Shown: one piece after another, positions 9,839-18,707 of the stretch
How positions within the stretch are numbered: position 1 is the stretch's first letter
Layout of the letters: every line of letters starts with the position of its first letter
From: an uncultured Pseudomonadota bacterium
GTDB taxonomy: Bacteria > Pseudomonadota > Alphaproteobacteria > Rs-D84 > CACZYB01
Reading direction: 5' to 3'
Length of the DNA stretch: 64,000 nucleotides
NCBI GenBank assembly: GCA_963541275.1
Contig: CAUTSC010000003.1
Location: 29,972 to 93,971 of the forward strand
Notes under the pieces: model-generated
What the model was told of the DNA's origin: nothing
The model's input: the letters and a program-made list of their open reading frames with translations, nothing else
Databases searched by the model: none
Made by a program: the position numbers and the translations under genes

Positions 9839-10314
9839 TTTTCTTTTTTGTTGTTTACTAAATAGCATATAGCCACTTTCGGTGTATGATATAGGTATTA
9901 TTTTGTTTATTCCTACCCAATATCTTATAGTGGAGATTGGTACATTGCATAGTTTTGCAAATTTTGAAATAGTAAGCAGTTCCTTTTTATCCACATCCTC
10001 TTTTTCTATATCAAGTATATTTATTGCAGTTTTAAGTGAACGATTAAGTGCAGATAACATAAATTTTTCATAAGATTGTGTTTTATCATTCATCTTTTTT
10101 TTTCTAGTGCCGATAAATAACGTTTTCTGTCAATAGGGCGTATGATAATGGGGGCAAGTCCGTATGATATTAAATAATGTTCATAAGCAAACGTGCAGTT
10201 CTGCCATTGCCATCAATGAATGGGATGTATCACAACAAAATCATAATGTGCTTCAATTGCTTTTAATTCAGGGGGTTGTTTGCTTTTATTTAATGAGACT
10301 ATAAATTTTTCCAT
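9830..10314 (-). pseudogene. Fic-domain (AMPylase family) pseudogene, N-terminally truncated, with two frameshifts and a C-terminal HTH
   Basis: Minus-strand reading from the ATG at 10314 gives ...HYDFVVIHP. A +1 shift then gives FIDGNGRTARLLMNII and a stop, which completes the Fic motif HPFxDGNGRxxR. Back in the original frame it continues LISYGLAPIIIRPIDRKRYLSALEKKK, running in frame into ORF 9830..10093 (excisionase/MerR-like HTH LLTISKFAKLCNVPISTIRYW). Confidence 0.7.
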
Positions 10315-10402
10315 TTAATAGTTTTTATTTTAAATAAAAATAAAGTATATTTTTTAACATTCAAGTTTTATAGTTTACAAATTTTACAACCATGATGTAT
10401 AT

Positions 10403-10434
10403 AAAAAAACTCTTTGGTTAAAGAGTCTTTTTTA
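10403..10434. terminator. bidirectional rho-independent terminator
   Basis: aaaaaaACTCTTTggttAAAGAGTctttttt, a hairpin flanked by A and T runs, downstream of the minus-strand gene 10455..11264. Confidence 0.7.
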
Positions 10435-10454
10435 TAATAAATAAGAAAGGAAAT

Positions 10455-11264
10455 TTATTTTTTTACTTGTAAATTTTCTATATTAAGTGCAGTTTTTTTA
10501 AATTCTTTTAATTGATGTTTTTCCATTATTTTTGGATTTTTAAGTGTAAGATATGCATATTTATCATTTGAAACATGTACAACAAGTATCATTATTGCAA
10601 AAATTCCAAATACTGCTTTTGCGGTTGTTTTGTCTGCATTAAGACAATATGTAGCTGCAGTATAAATCAAAAACATTATATAAAGATCTATTAAAAGACT
10701 GCTAGCCCATAACATAAAATAAAATCCGGAAAGGTGGTATATAGTATAAGCAACAGGATACATGAATATACAAGATGCAACGGATTTAACCCCCATTTCG
10801 AAATCCATATCACCTTTTGTTAAATAAGAAAACATTAACATTACTCCAGAAAGTGCGAATGTTATAATAACTGCAAGTGCCGGCATAAATAACAAGCTTG
10901 CAATTATGTTGAAAATTGAAAGATGTCCAAGTGATAATAAAATTTTAATACCACCAGTTGCAAGTCCGTACATCAAAACTTTTACAATTTGATCTTCATA
11001 ATTGCTGTCTTGTTTTATTGATGAAAAATATTTTACTGGATGCAATAATGTATGAAACATGTCAGTTAAAAATTTATCAAGATTTATTTTTTTTGTTTCT
11101 TGTTTTGCCTTGTCAATATATTTTTTTGCAACTCCTATAAGTTCAGGATTATTTTTTTTGATATTTTCAACTACATCTTTTGCTTTGTTAATTTTCTTTT
11201 TTGCATCGTTTATAACATTGTTTATTTTATCATTTGAATCTTGTCTTTGTTTTTTTAAACTCAT
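10455..11264 (-). CDS. Yip1-like polytopic membrane protein with a K/N-rich N-terminal region
   Basis: Charged N-terminus followed by about 5 TM helices. The family call rests on topology only. Confidence 0.45.
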   Translation of the reverse strand: MSLKKQRQDSNDKINNVINDAKKKINKAKDVVENIKKNNPELIGVAKKYIDKAKQETKKINLDKFLTDMFHTLLHPVKYFSSIKQDSNYEDQIVKVLMYGLATGGIKILLSLGHLSIFNIIASLLFMPALAVIITFALSGVMLMFSYLTKGDMDFEMGVKSVASCIFMYPVAYTIYHLSGFYFMLWASSLLIDLYIMFLIYTAATYCLNADKTTAKAVFGIFAIMILVVHVSNDKYAYLTLKNPKIMEKHQLKEFKKTALNIENLQVKK

Positions 11265-11386
11265 TTTTTGCTCCTTATAATCTTTTTCATTGTATCAAAT
11301 TTTATGATTAAAATAAAGGAAAATAGATGATTGAAATTTAATTTATTTTTAAGTAGTATTTTTAAATAAAAATAGGATGAAATTTT

Positions 11387-12766
11387 ATGTTTAAAGTTGC
11401 AATTATTGGACGTGCAAATGTTGGTAAATCTACACTTTTTAACAAGCTGATTAAAAGAAATATTGCAATAGTTCATGACAGCGCAGGTACAACACGTGAT
11501 ATAAAAGAATATGTTGTTGATAAATATGAGGGTGTTTGTTTTACACTGCTTGATACTGCGGGGTTAGAAAAAGCCGAAAAAGATACTATTACAGAAAAAA
11601 TGACACTTAAAACAATTTCTGCAATTGATATGGCTGATATTATTTTGTTTGTTGTTGATGCAAAAAGTTCAATTCTGCCAGAAGATGTTGAATTTGCAAG
11701 AATGGTTCAAAAACAAAATAAGCCTGTGATACTTCTTGCGAATAAATGTGAAAATTTAAATAATTTTCATAATAATTTGGGTGATTTTTATAAGCTTGGA
11801 TTTGGTGAACCTTTACCTATATCTGCAGCTCATGGTCAAGGTATGATAAAATTGATAGATGCTATTAAAAATAATATAAATGAACTTACAAAAATTTATG
11901 AAAAAGATATCTTGGATGATATGGAAGAAGAGATTGAAAATGAAGAAGATAAAAGTGTAAGGATGGCAATAATAGGGCGTCCCAATGTAGGTAAATCAAC
12001 CCTGGTTAATACCCTTGTTGGTGAAGAAAAAATGATAACAGGTGATATGGCTGGGATTACACGTGATGCTGTGAATACAGACAGCATTTTTAAAGGGCGA
12101 AAAATCACACTTATTGATACAGCAGGGCTTAGGAAAAAAAGTAAGATTTATAATGAACTTGAAAAATTATCAACAGCAAGATCAATTGAAACAATTAAAA
12201 AAGCTGATGTTTGTGTTATTGTTGTTGATGCAACACTTGGTATAGATAAGCAAGATTTAACAATAGGAAGTTTGGTAGTAAATGAGGGTAAGGGACTTGT
12301 TTTTGTGCTTAATAAATGGGATAAGATTTCAAATAAAAGAGAAGAAAAAAAACTTATAGCTGAAAAATTGTCTTATGCTTTTCATCAAGTAAAAAATATT
12401 CCAATTATTTGTATGTCCGCCCTTAAAGGCAAGGGGGTTAATGATTTGATGCAGGAAGTTTTTGATGTATACGATTTAAGACGACAACGTATTACAACTG
12501 GGAAGCTTAATAAATGGCTTTTGGAAGTTGTGAAAAAAAATCCACCACCACTTTCTCGTTTAAAAAGACCAATGAATATAAAATATATGACGCAAAGTGC
12601 AACTTGTCCGCCAACTTTTACAATATTTGCTGGTGGGGCGTCAAATCTGCCTGATAATTATATGCGTTATTTAATAAATGAGTTGGGAACAACATTTGGG
12701 TTTGATAAAATTTGTGTAAGATTGAAACTTAAATTACAAAAAAATCCATATAAGGATAAGGAATAA
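11387..12766 (+). CDS. der: ribosome biogenesis GTPase Der (EngA)
   Basis: Two tandem GTPase domains (GRANVGKST and GRPNVGKST; DTAG twice; NKCE and NKWD) and a KH-like C-terminus. Confidence 0.95.
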   Translation: MFKVAIIGRANVGKSTLFNKLIKRNIAIVHDSAGTTRDIKEYVVDKYEGVCFTLLDTAGLEKAEKDTITEKMTLKTISAIDMADIILFVVDAKSSILPEDVEFARMVQKQNKPVILLANKCENLNNFHNNLGDFYKLGFGEPLPISAAHGQGMIKLIDAIKNNINELTKIYEKDILDDMEEEIENEEDKSVRMAIIGRPNVGKSTLVNTLVGEEKMITGDMAGITRDAVNTDSIFKGRKITLIDTAGLRKKSKIYNELEKLSTARSIETIKKADVCVIVVDATLGIDKQDLTIGSLVVNEGKGLVFVLNKWDKISNKREEKKLIAEKLSYAFHQVKNIPIICMSALKGKGVNDLMQEVFDVYDLRRQRITTGKLNKWLLEVVKKNPPPLSRLKRPMNIKYMTQSATCPPTFTIFAGGASNLPDNYMRYLINELGTTFGFDKICVRLKLKLQKNPYKDKE

Positions 12767-12769
12767 ATT

Positions 12770-13294
12770 ATGAAATTTTTAAAAAATAATAACTATTTAA
12801 AATATTTGTTTATTATACTTTTTGTCTTTTTGTTTGATTTTATAACAAAGACGCTGGTACTGAAACAAACACCTTTTCAGTTAGTATTTTATGGCTATCA
12901 CAAACAATTTTATCCATCTTATTTTTTTATCACTGATATAACAAAATTTTTTAATATAGTTCTTGTTTGGAATACAGGGGTAAGTTTTTCCATGTTTGCC
13001 AATACTGGGATAATTGGGAGATGGTTTTTGGTTGTGATGGCGATAATTATTGCTTGTTATATAATTTATTTAATGGTAAAAGAGCAAAATAATTTTATAA
13101 AAATATGCTATTCTCTTATCATAGGTGGGGCGATAGGCAATATTTTTGATCGCATAAGATATGGTGCAGTTGTTGATTTTTTGGATGTTTATATTGATAC
13201 TTACCATTGGCCAGCATTTAATATAGCGGACAGCTTTATTTGTATAGGTGTATTTTTACTTATTATATATAATATAAAAAATGGCAAGAAATAA
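12770..13294 (+). CDS. lspA: lipoprotein signal peptidase II
   Basis: NTGVSFS, GGAIGNIFDR and FNIADS motifs, with 4 TM helices. Confidence 0.9.
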   Translation: MKFLKNNNYLKYLFIILFVFLFDFITKTLVLKQTPFQLVFYGYHKQFYPSYFFITDITKFFNIVLVWNTGVSFSMFANTGIIGRWFLVVMAIIIACYIIYLMVKEQNNFIKICYSLIIGGAIGNIFDRIRYGAVVDFLDVYIDTYHWPAFNIADSFICIGVFLLIIYNIKNGKK

Positions 13295-13328
13295 CCTGCC
13301 ACTTTTTTGCTATTTATTAAATCAAAAA

Positions 13329-13838
13329 CTATCTTGTCATAGCTTTGATTTGATCTAAATTTTTACCTTTGTATTGTGTTAGTATATTTGGCAAAATTTT
13401 ATTTACTTTTTCTTTTGCCTTTGTTTGTCTTGCTTTTTCTTCTGCTTCTAACATTTTATATGTTTCTTCATATTCAACAAGTCCCCATTCAATAAAATCC
13501 ATAACTTCCAACTTTTTACGTGCTGGGGATACAACAAAACCACTTGCTTTTTCTGTTTTTATAATTTCAAGACCTTTTATTAAATCAAAAAATTCTTTTT
13601 TGGTTTTATAGTCTTTTGATTTTAATTTTTGCATTAAATTTTGTTCTTTAACATCAAGATCTGCAAAATGTTTTTTTATAATTTGTTTTTCCGTGTTATT
13701 TTTTTCATAATCTGCTATTCTTTCTTGTAATGCTTGTTTTTCTAGTTTTACCATAAACCTTTCAAAAGAGAGAATTGTTTTTGCCCAAAGATAGACACCT
13801 GTTGCACTTATACCAGTTGCTAATAAAATATTATTCAT
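13329..13838 (-). CDS. hypothetical membrane-anchored coiled-coil protein
   Basis: N-terminal TM helix followed by a K/E-rich helical region. No family recognised. Confidence 0.45.
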   Translation of the reverse strand: MNNILLATGISATGVYLWAKTILSFERFMVKLEKQALQERIADYEKNNTEKQIIKKHFADLDVKEQNLMQKLKSKDYKTKKEFFDLIKGLEIIKTEKASGFVVSPARKKLEVMDFIEWGLVEYEETYKMLEAEEKARQTKAKEKVNKILPNILTQYKGKNLDQIKAMTR

Positions 13839-13890
13839 AGTTTTATCCTTTCATTTTATTTTTTTGTTAAACACTAAACAGCACGAAAAT

Positions 13891-14829
13891 TTATCTTGTC
13901 AACGTTTTTTGTTGAGATAAGATTTTTTGTTGTAATGACATTTTTTCATAAATATCATCTTTTAAATCTTGTAATGTTATTATATCATTTTCTGTAAAAT
14001 CGGAATCTTGAAAAAGTTCTTTTTTACCTTTTGTAAATGGTCTGTTATAAAAAATACCAAAAATTTGATTTGCAAAATCAGTCATTTCTTTTTTTACACT
14101 ATCAATGTGTCCTTGTGATGTGGTTTTTGCATCAAAAATAGAAATATTTTTATAAGAAACTAGATATTTTGGATCTTTATCTTCTAATTGAAAATGCCAA
14201 TTTTCATCATTTATATGTCCCAGATTTGTTATGCTGGATACCATTTTTCTTAGAATGTCAACATTTAAAATTGCTAGTTTTAAATCAATTGATGCATTAT
14301 CAAGTGCTTCTATGTGTGTTGTGAAAAATGGGTTATCAACATTATCAAAATCTTTGTTTAACTTTTTAATTTGTTTTAAAAGGCTTGGATCTTTTCTTAA
14401 TAACCATTTTGGTTGGGTAAATGGATTGCCATAGCTGTCAGTCATAAGTAGATCAATTGCTCCACCACAACAATGTGGCAAAGTTTTATCTTTATCAGGT
14501 TTTAAAAACAAAGTTGAACCAGGATTTTTCTTTTGATGTTCATTGTATTTCATAACTTGTATTTCAAATGGTCTCCAAGCTTCCATAACACGAAATTTTA
14601 CATCAAAAATTTTTGCAAGTTTGTTAAGTATAAGCATTGCAACATACATGTCTGGGTTAACAGCATAAGTTAAATCCATCAAACCCAATTCTTTATAATC
14701 TTTTTCATAAGATGGAGTATAGGAAAATCTGTCAAGATCATTTAATGGAATAAGAATATTATATCTGTCCCCTATAAATTTTTTAAATGGGTCAATTCCT
14801 TGTTTTTTAAATTCATCATATAGTTTCAT
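13891..14829 (-). CDS. M15-family zinc D-Ala-D-Ala dipeptidase-like (VanX/DdpX-like) peptidase
   Basis: EAWRPFEIQ, PHCCGGAIDL (H-x6-D zinc-ligand pattern) and ENWHFQ (ExWH) match the VanX-type M15 signature order. It carries a C-terminal extension of about 100 aa. Confidence 0.6.
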   Translation of the reverse strand: MKLYDEFKKQGIDPFKKFIGDRYNILIPLNDLDRFSYTPSYEKDYKELGLMDLTYAVNPDMYVAMLILNKLAKIFDVKFRVMEAWRPFEIQVMKYNEHQKKNPGSTLFLKPDKDKTLPHCCGGAIDLLMTDSYGNPFTQPKWLLRKDPSLLKQIKKLNKDFDNVDNPFFTTHIEALDNASIDLKLAILNVDILRKMVSSITNLGHINDENWHFQLEDKDPKYLVSYKNISIFDAKTTSQGHIDSVKKEMTDFANQIFGIFYNRPFTKGKKELFQDSDFTENDIITLQDLKDDIYEKMSLQQKILSQQKTLTR

Positions 14830-14993
14830 AATAACACCTTTTTTCTATATATAAACATATATTATCAAATCTTTTTTTTTGTCAAGTAAAAAAAATAAAA
14901 AAATGGAAAATTTTATTATTTTTTTTAATTAACTGAAAAAAGAGGTTAAAGTTGTGAAAAATAATCGTTATTTAAATTTATAATTCTTAAAAA

Positions 14994-15218
14994 CTATCTT
15001 GAATGTATATTGTTTATTTGATCTATAGCGAATTTAGATTGGTGTTTTTTATTTGCATCTCTTTGTATTTCATCAAAAATATCTTGATCATATGATAATA
15101 ATCTTTTTTCTAAATCTTTTAGATGTTTTTTTCTTTTATTATGATCTTTAAGTAATACCAAGGCACAAGCGGCACCCACACTTATAACAATACTTCCAGT
15201 TTCCAATAATCCAATCAT
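14994..15218 (-). CDS. small membrane protein (single N-terminal TM helix, charged tail)
   Basis: A 74-aa ORF: MIGLLETGSIVISVGAACALVLL followed by a K/D/E-rich tail. Confidence 0.4.
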   Translation of the reverse strand: MIGLLETGSIVISVGAACALVLLKDHNKRKKHLKDLEKRLLSYDQDIFDEIQRDANKKHQSKFAIDQINNIHSR

Positions 15219-15352
15219 AATACTCCTATTATTTTTCTAGTGAAGTCTATACTGATTGTTTGTTTTGTCAAGCGTAAAATAATAAAAAAATGTTGAGAAA
15301 TAAAAAAGATATTGATTTTAATAAAATATAGTGTACTATCTTGTCTGTCTTA

Positions 15353-15428
<76 letters not shown>

Positions 15429-15681
15429 TTTAAAAATTTTAATTAAAATTTTCTGGTAATAGTGTTGGCGTTTTGATATATTTTTGATGTCAACTTAAAT
15501 AATTCTGGTTATAAAAAATATATTGATAGTTTTTTAATTAAAAAAGATAAACTTTTTATTCTAACCCAGGATACTAAAATTTTTATTTATAACCTGAAAA
15601 CTTTACAACTAGTTAAAAAGATTGATAATATAGCATTTTTTAATTTTGTATAATATATGTTAATATGAATGAAGTTTTGTA

Positions 15682-15710
15682 TTGACTTGTTTTTTTATAG
15701 TGTTTATAAT
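15682..15710 (+). promoter_or_regulatory. near-consensus sigma70-type promoter (TTGACT-N17-TATAAT)
   Basis: TTGACT at 15682-15687 and TATAAT at 15705-15710. It lies about 150 nt upstream of the ATG at 15865. Confidence 0.45.
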
Positions 15711-15864
15711 GGGACTATGCTTTGTTGGTAAGCTGGCTCATTCGTGTAAAGATTTTTGTCAACCAATGTAAAAAGATAATAATAACTTTCTGGGTTTATT
15801 ATCAAAAAAAGATTACGAATGCATTTTATAGATAATAAACTTGGGCAACAAGAAAGGTATTATT

Positions 15865-16296
15865 ATGACTAGTGTTAATTATTTTAAACAACAAGCAAAA
15901 TTATTGTTAAATGATTATAGATTGTTCAAAGAGAATAAGTTTGATCAGTTTATACTTGATGCTGATGAACCGCATAAGCATTTTGATGTAAATAATGTTT
16001 TGATCAAGGTAAATAAACAAGATAAAGATGATATTACTTTGATGAAAGCACAACATTATATTACTATTATTTCAGGTTTTAAAAATTGGAAAGAATTATT
16101 ATCTGCTTCTTCTACAAAATTGGTAATAGGAGAAATTAAATTGAATGCTTATAAAATTGGTATGGATACAGATTTAATAGAGACAGCAGAAATGTTAGTT
16201 CAATCTGAATTATTGGTAGATTTTGGGCATGGGGATTATACAGATGAAGATGAATTGAAAATGTGGAAATATGTGCTTAAAAGATTACCGCTTTAA
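15865..16296 (+). CDS. hypothetical protein
   Basis: The ORF is 15841..16296 from a TTG. The ATG at 15865 follows a gaaagg RBS. No family recognised. Confidence 0.5.
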   Translation: MTSVNYFKQQAKLLLNDYRLFKENKFDQFILDADEPHKHFDVNNVLIKVNKQDKDDITLMKAQHYITIISGFKNWKELLSASSTKLVIGEIKLNAYKIGMDTDLIETAEMLVQSELLVDFGHGDYTDEDELKMWKYVLKRLPL

Positions 16297-16406
16297 TCTA
16301 TTATAATTATTTTTGGGGTGGGTAAATTTATTCTTAATTGTTTTTTTAATATTTGCTTCTTATAAAATTTGCATTATAATTTTTTACGTGAATAAAAGGA
16401 TGTTTT

Positions 16407-18059
16407 ATGGCAAGTTATATAGATAGAATTTTTAAAGATGTTTTTTCAGTTGATGAAATTTTTAACAGGTATAAACCTCGTAATTTAAAGGAGGGGGCAA
16501 AGGTTGTGCGTGTTGCACCAAGTCCTACTGGCTTTATGCATTTGGGCGGCATTTATGCTGGGCTTATAAATTATATGCTTGCTATTCAAAGTGGCGGTGT
16601 AATGTTTTTACGTATAGAAGATACGGACACTAAACGAGAGGTGGATGGAGCTGTTGAACTTATATGTTCGTCGCTTAATAAATATAAGATAAATGTAGAT
16701 GAGGGTTTTAATAAAGATACAAAAGAATTTGGTACTTATGGTCCATATAAACAAAGCGACAGAAAAAAAATATATCATTCTTTTATAAAACAAATGTTAA
16801 TTGATGGTTTGGCTTATCCTTGTTTTGCAACACCAGAAGAACTGGAAAATATTCGTAAAACCCAAGAAACACAAGCTATAAGACCAGGTTATTATGGTAA
16901 ATGGGCAGTTTGGAGAAATGCAACAGAAGAGCAGATAAATGCAGAACTTGATAAAAATATTCCCGTTGCAATAAGATTTAAATCAAATGGAAATTATGAA
17001 AATAAAATAACTATAAATGATGGATTAAAAGGCAAAATAAATTTTCCAGAAAATGATTTAGATATTGTGATATGCAAGGCAGATGGACTTCCAACTTATC
17101 ATTTTGCTCATGTAATAGATGATTTTTTAATGGGGACAACTCATGTTATTCGTGGGGATGAATGGCTTAATTCTCTTCCTTTACATGTACAACTATTTAA
17201 AACTCTTGGTTTTAAGCTTCCAAAGTATATTCATATTTCACCACTTCAAAAAATGGATGGTGGTTCAAGGCGGAAATTAAGCAAGCGTCATGATAAAGAG
17301 GCAGATATTAGATTTTTTGATAGAGAAGGTTATCCAGAAGATGCAGTGATAGAATATTTACTTAATCTTGCAAACTCTAATTTTGAAAGTTGGAGGCTTA
17401 ATAATCCAAATAAACCATGGCAAGAATTTGAGCTTCAAATTTCAAAATTGTCACCAAGTGGTGCTTTGTTTGATTTTAACAAACTTGATAATATAAGCAA
17501 AAATATTATTGCTGCTATGACAAAAGAAGAGTTGTTTGATAATGTATTTTGTTGGGCAGAAACAAATGATACAAAACTTTATGAGATAATGAAAAATAAT
17601 AAAGAATATGTGATAAATATTTTTGGAATAGAAAGAGGACTTAAAAATTCCAGAAAAGATATTGCAAAGTATAGTGATGTTTGGGGTGAGATAAAATATT
17701 TTTTTGATGATGAATTTAATGTTGAACAAAGTGTTATACAGGAATTAAAAGCTGTTAATAATTATAAAGAGATTGCGAAAAAATATATTGAAATTTTAGA
17801 TACAAATAAAAATCAACAAGATTGGTTTATTGATATGCAAAATCTGGCCATTGAGTTTAATTTTGCAACAAATGGCAAAGAGTTCAAGGAAAATCCAGAT
17901 AAGTATAATGGAACAATAACAGATTTTATAAAGCTTTTTAGGATTATGATAACAGGGAAAATCAATAGTCCAGATATAAGTCAAATTCAAAAAGTTATGG
18001 GTGATAATAGAGTGAAAAATAAAATAGAAAAATTTATAAGTGGTGATTATGACAAATAA
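16407..18059 (+). CDS. gltX: glutamate--tRNA ligase
   Basis: Class I signature PSPTGFMHLGG (HIGH-like) and KLSKR (KMSKS). At 550 aa it has a longer C-terminus than typical. Confidence 0.9.
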   Translation: MASYIDRIFKDVFSVDEIFNRYKPRNLKEGAKVVRVAPSPTGFMHLGGIYAGLINYMLAIQSGGVMFLRIEDTDTKREVDGAVELICSSLNKYKINVDEGFNKDTKEFGTYGPYKQSDRKKIYHSFIKQMLIDGLAYPCFATPEELENIRKTQETQAIRPGYYGKWAVWRNATEEQINAELDKNIPVAIRFKSNGNYENKITINDGLKGKINFPENDLDIVICKADGLPTYHFAHVIDDFLMGTTHVIRGDEWLNSLPLHVQLFKTLGFKLPKYIHISPLQKMDGGSRRKLSKRHDKEADIRFFDREGYPEDAVIEYLLNLANSNFESWRLNNPNKPWQEFELQISKLSPSGALFDFNKLDNISKNIIAAMTKEELFDNVFCWAETNDTKLYEIMKNNKEYVINIFGIERGLKNSRKDIAKYSDVWGEIKYFFDDEFNVEQSVIQELKAVNNYKEIAKKYIEILDTNKNQQDWFIDMQNLAIEFNFATNGKEFKENPDKYNGTITDFIKLFRIMITGKINSPDISQIQKVMGDNRVKNKIEKFISGDYDK

Positions 18060-18561
18060 TAAAAATATAAAGACGAATTTTTTAGATCAAATTTCATTTT
18101 TTATATCATCTCTTTTTTTTGTGGGGTTTTTTAAGTTTGCTCCTGGTACAATTGGCTCAATATGCAGTTTTATTTTTATAGTGCCAATTGTAAAATATTA
18201 TGGAATTGTTGGTTTGTTAAGTTTGATTTTTATAACTTTTTTTATAGGATATTTTATTGTAAAAAGAGTATTAAAATTTACAGATCATGATCCAGGTTTT
18301 ATTGTTATTGATGAGTTGTTGGGGCAAAGTACTACATTTTTATTTATTGGAAATCTTGCTTCTATTTCAACTTTAAATTTTGTATTAGGTTTTATGTTGT
18401 TTAGGATTTTTGATATAATAAAACCATCAGTAATAGGAATAATTGATAAAAAAATGAAAAATTCTGTTGGAGTTTTGTTGGATGATTTTTTTGCAGGACT
18501 TTTTGCTGCTTTTTGTTTGATTGTCATTAACTTTATATTGACCCATTTTTCACTTGTATAA
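18040..18561 (+). CDS. pgpA: phosphatidylglycerophosphatase A
   Basis: APGTIGS, VIDELLGQ and FRIFDIIKP motifs. The start overlaps the gltX end. Confidence 0.8.
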   Translation: MVIMTNNKNIKTNFLDQISFFISSLFFVGFFKFAPGTIGSICSFIFIVPIVKYYGIVGLLSLIFITFFIGYFIVKRVLKFTDHDPGFIVIDELLGQSTTFLFIGNLASISTLNFVLGFMLFRIFDIIKPSVIGIIDKKMKNSVGVLLDDFFAGLFAAFCLIVINFILTHFSLV

Positions 18562-18707
18562 AACTTTCTTAATTTAGGAAACAAGATTTTTTTGTATGAA
18601 TTTCTTGTTTTGATTTTGAAAAATGGATACTATAGGTGTGTTTTAATTTCCCCTTGATGTAATTTTGGGGTGTGGTAGAGTTTGAGGTAAAAAAATAGGT
18701 TAAAGTT

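Noticed and set aside
9830-10093. An independent MerR/excisionase-family regulator gene.
   Set aside because: The reading frame continues upstream, without a stop, into the post-motif part of a frameshifted Fic domain. It is better explained as the C-terminal fragment of a pseudogene. Residual expression from the internal ATG cannot be excluded.
13891-14829. The possibility that the VanX-like peptidase is a vancomycin-resistance determinant.
   Set aside because: No vanH, vanA/B ligase or vanRS genes are adjacent. The M15 signature alone does not imply glycopeptide resistance.
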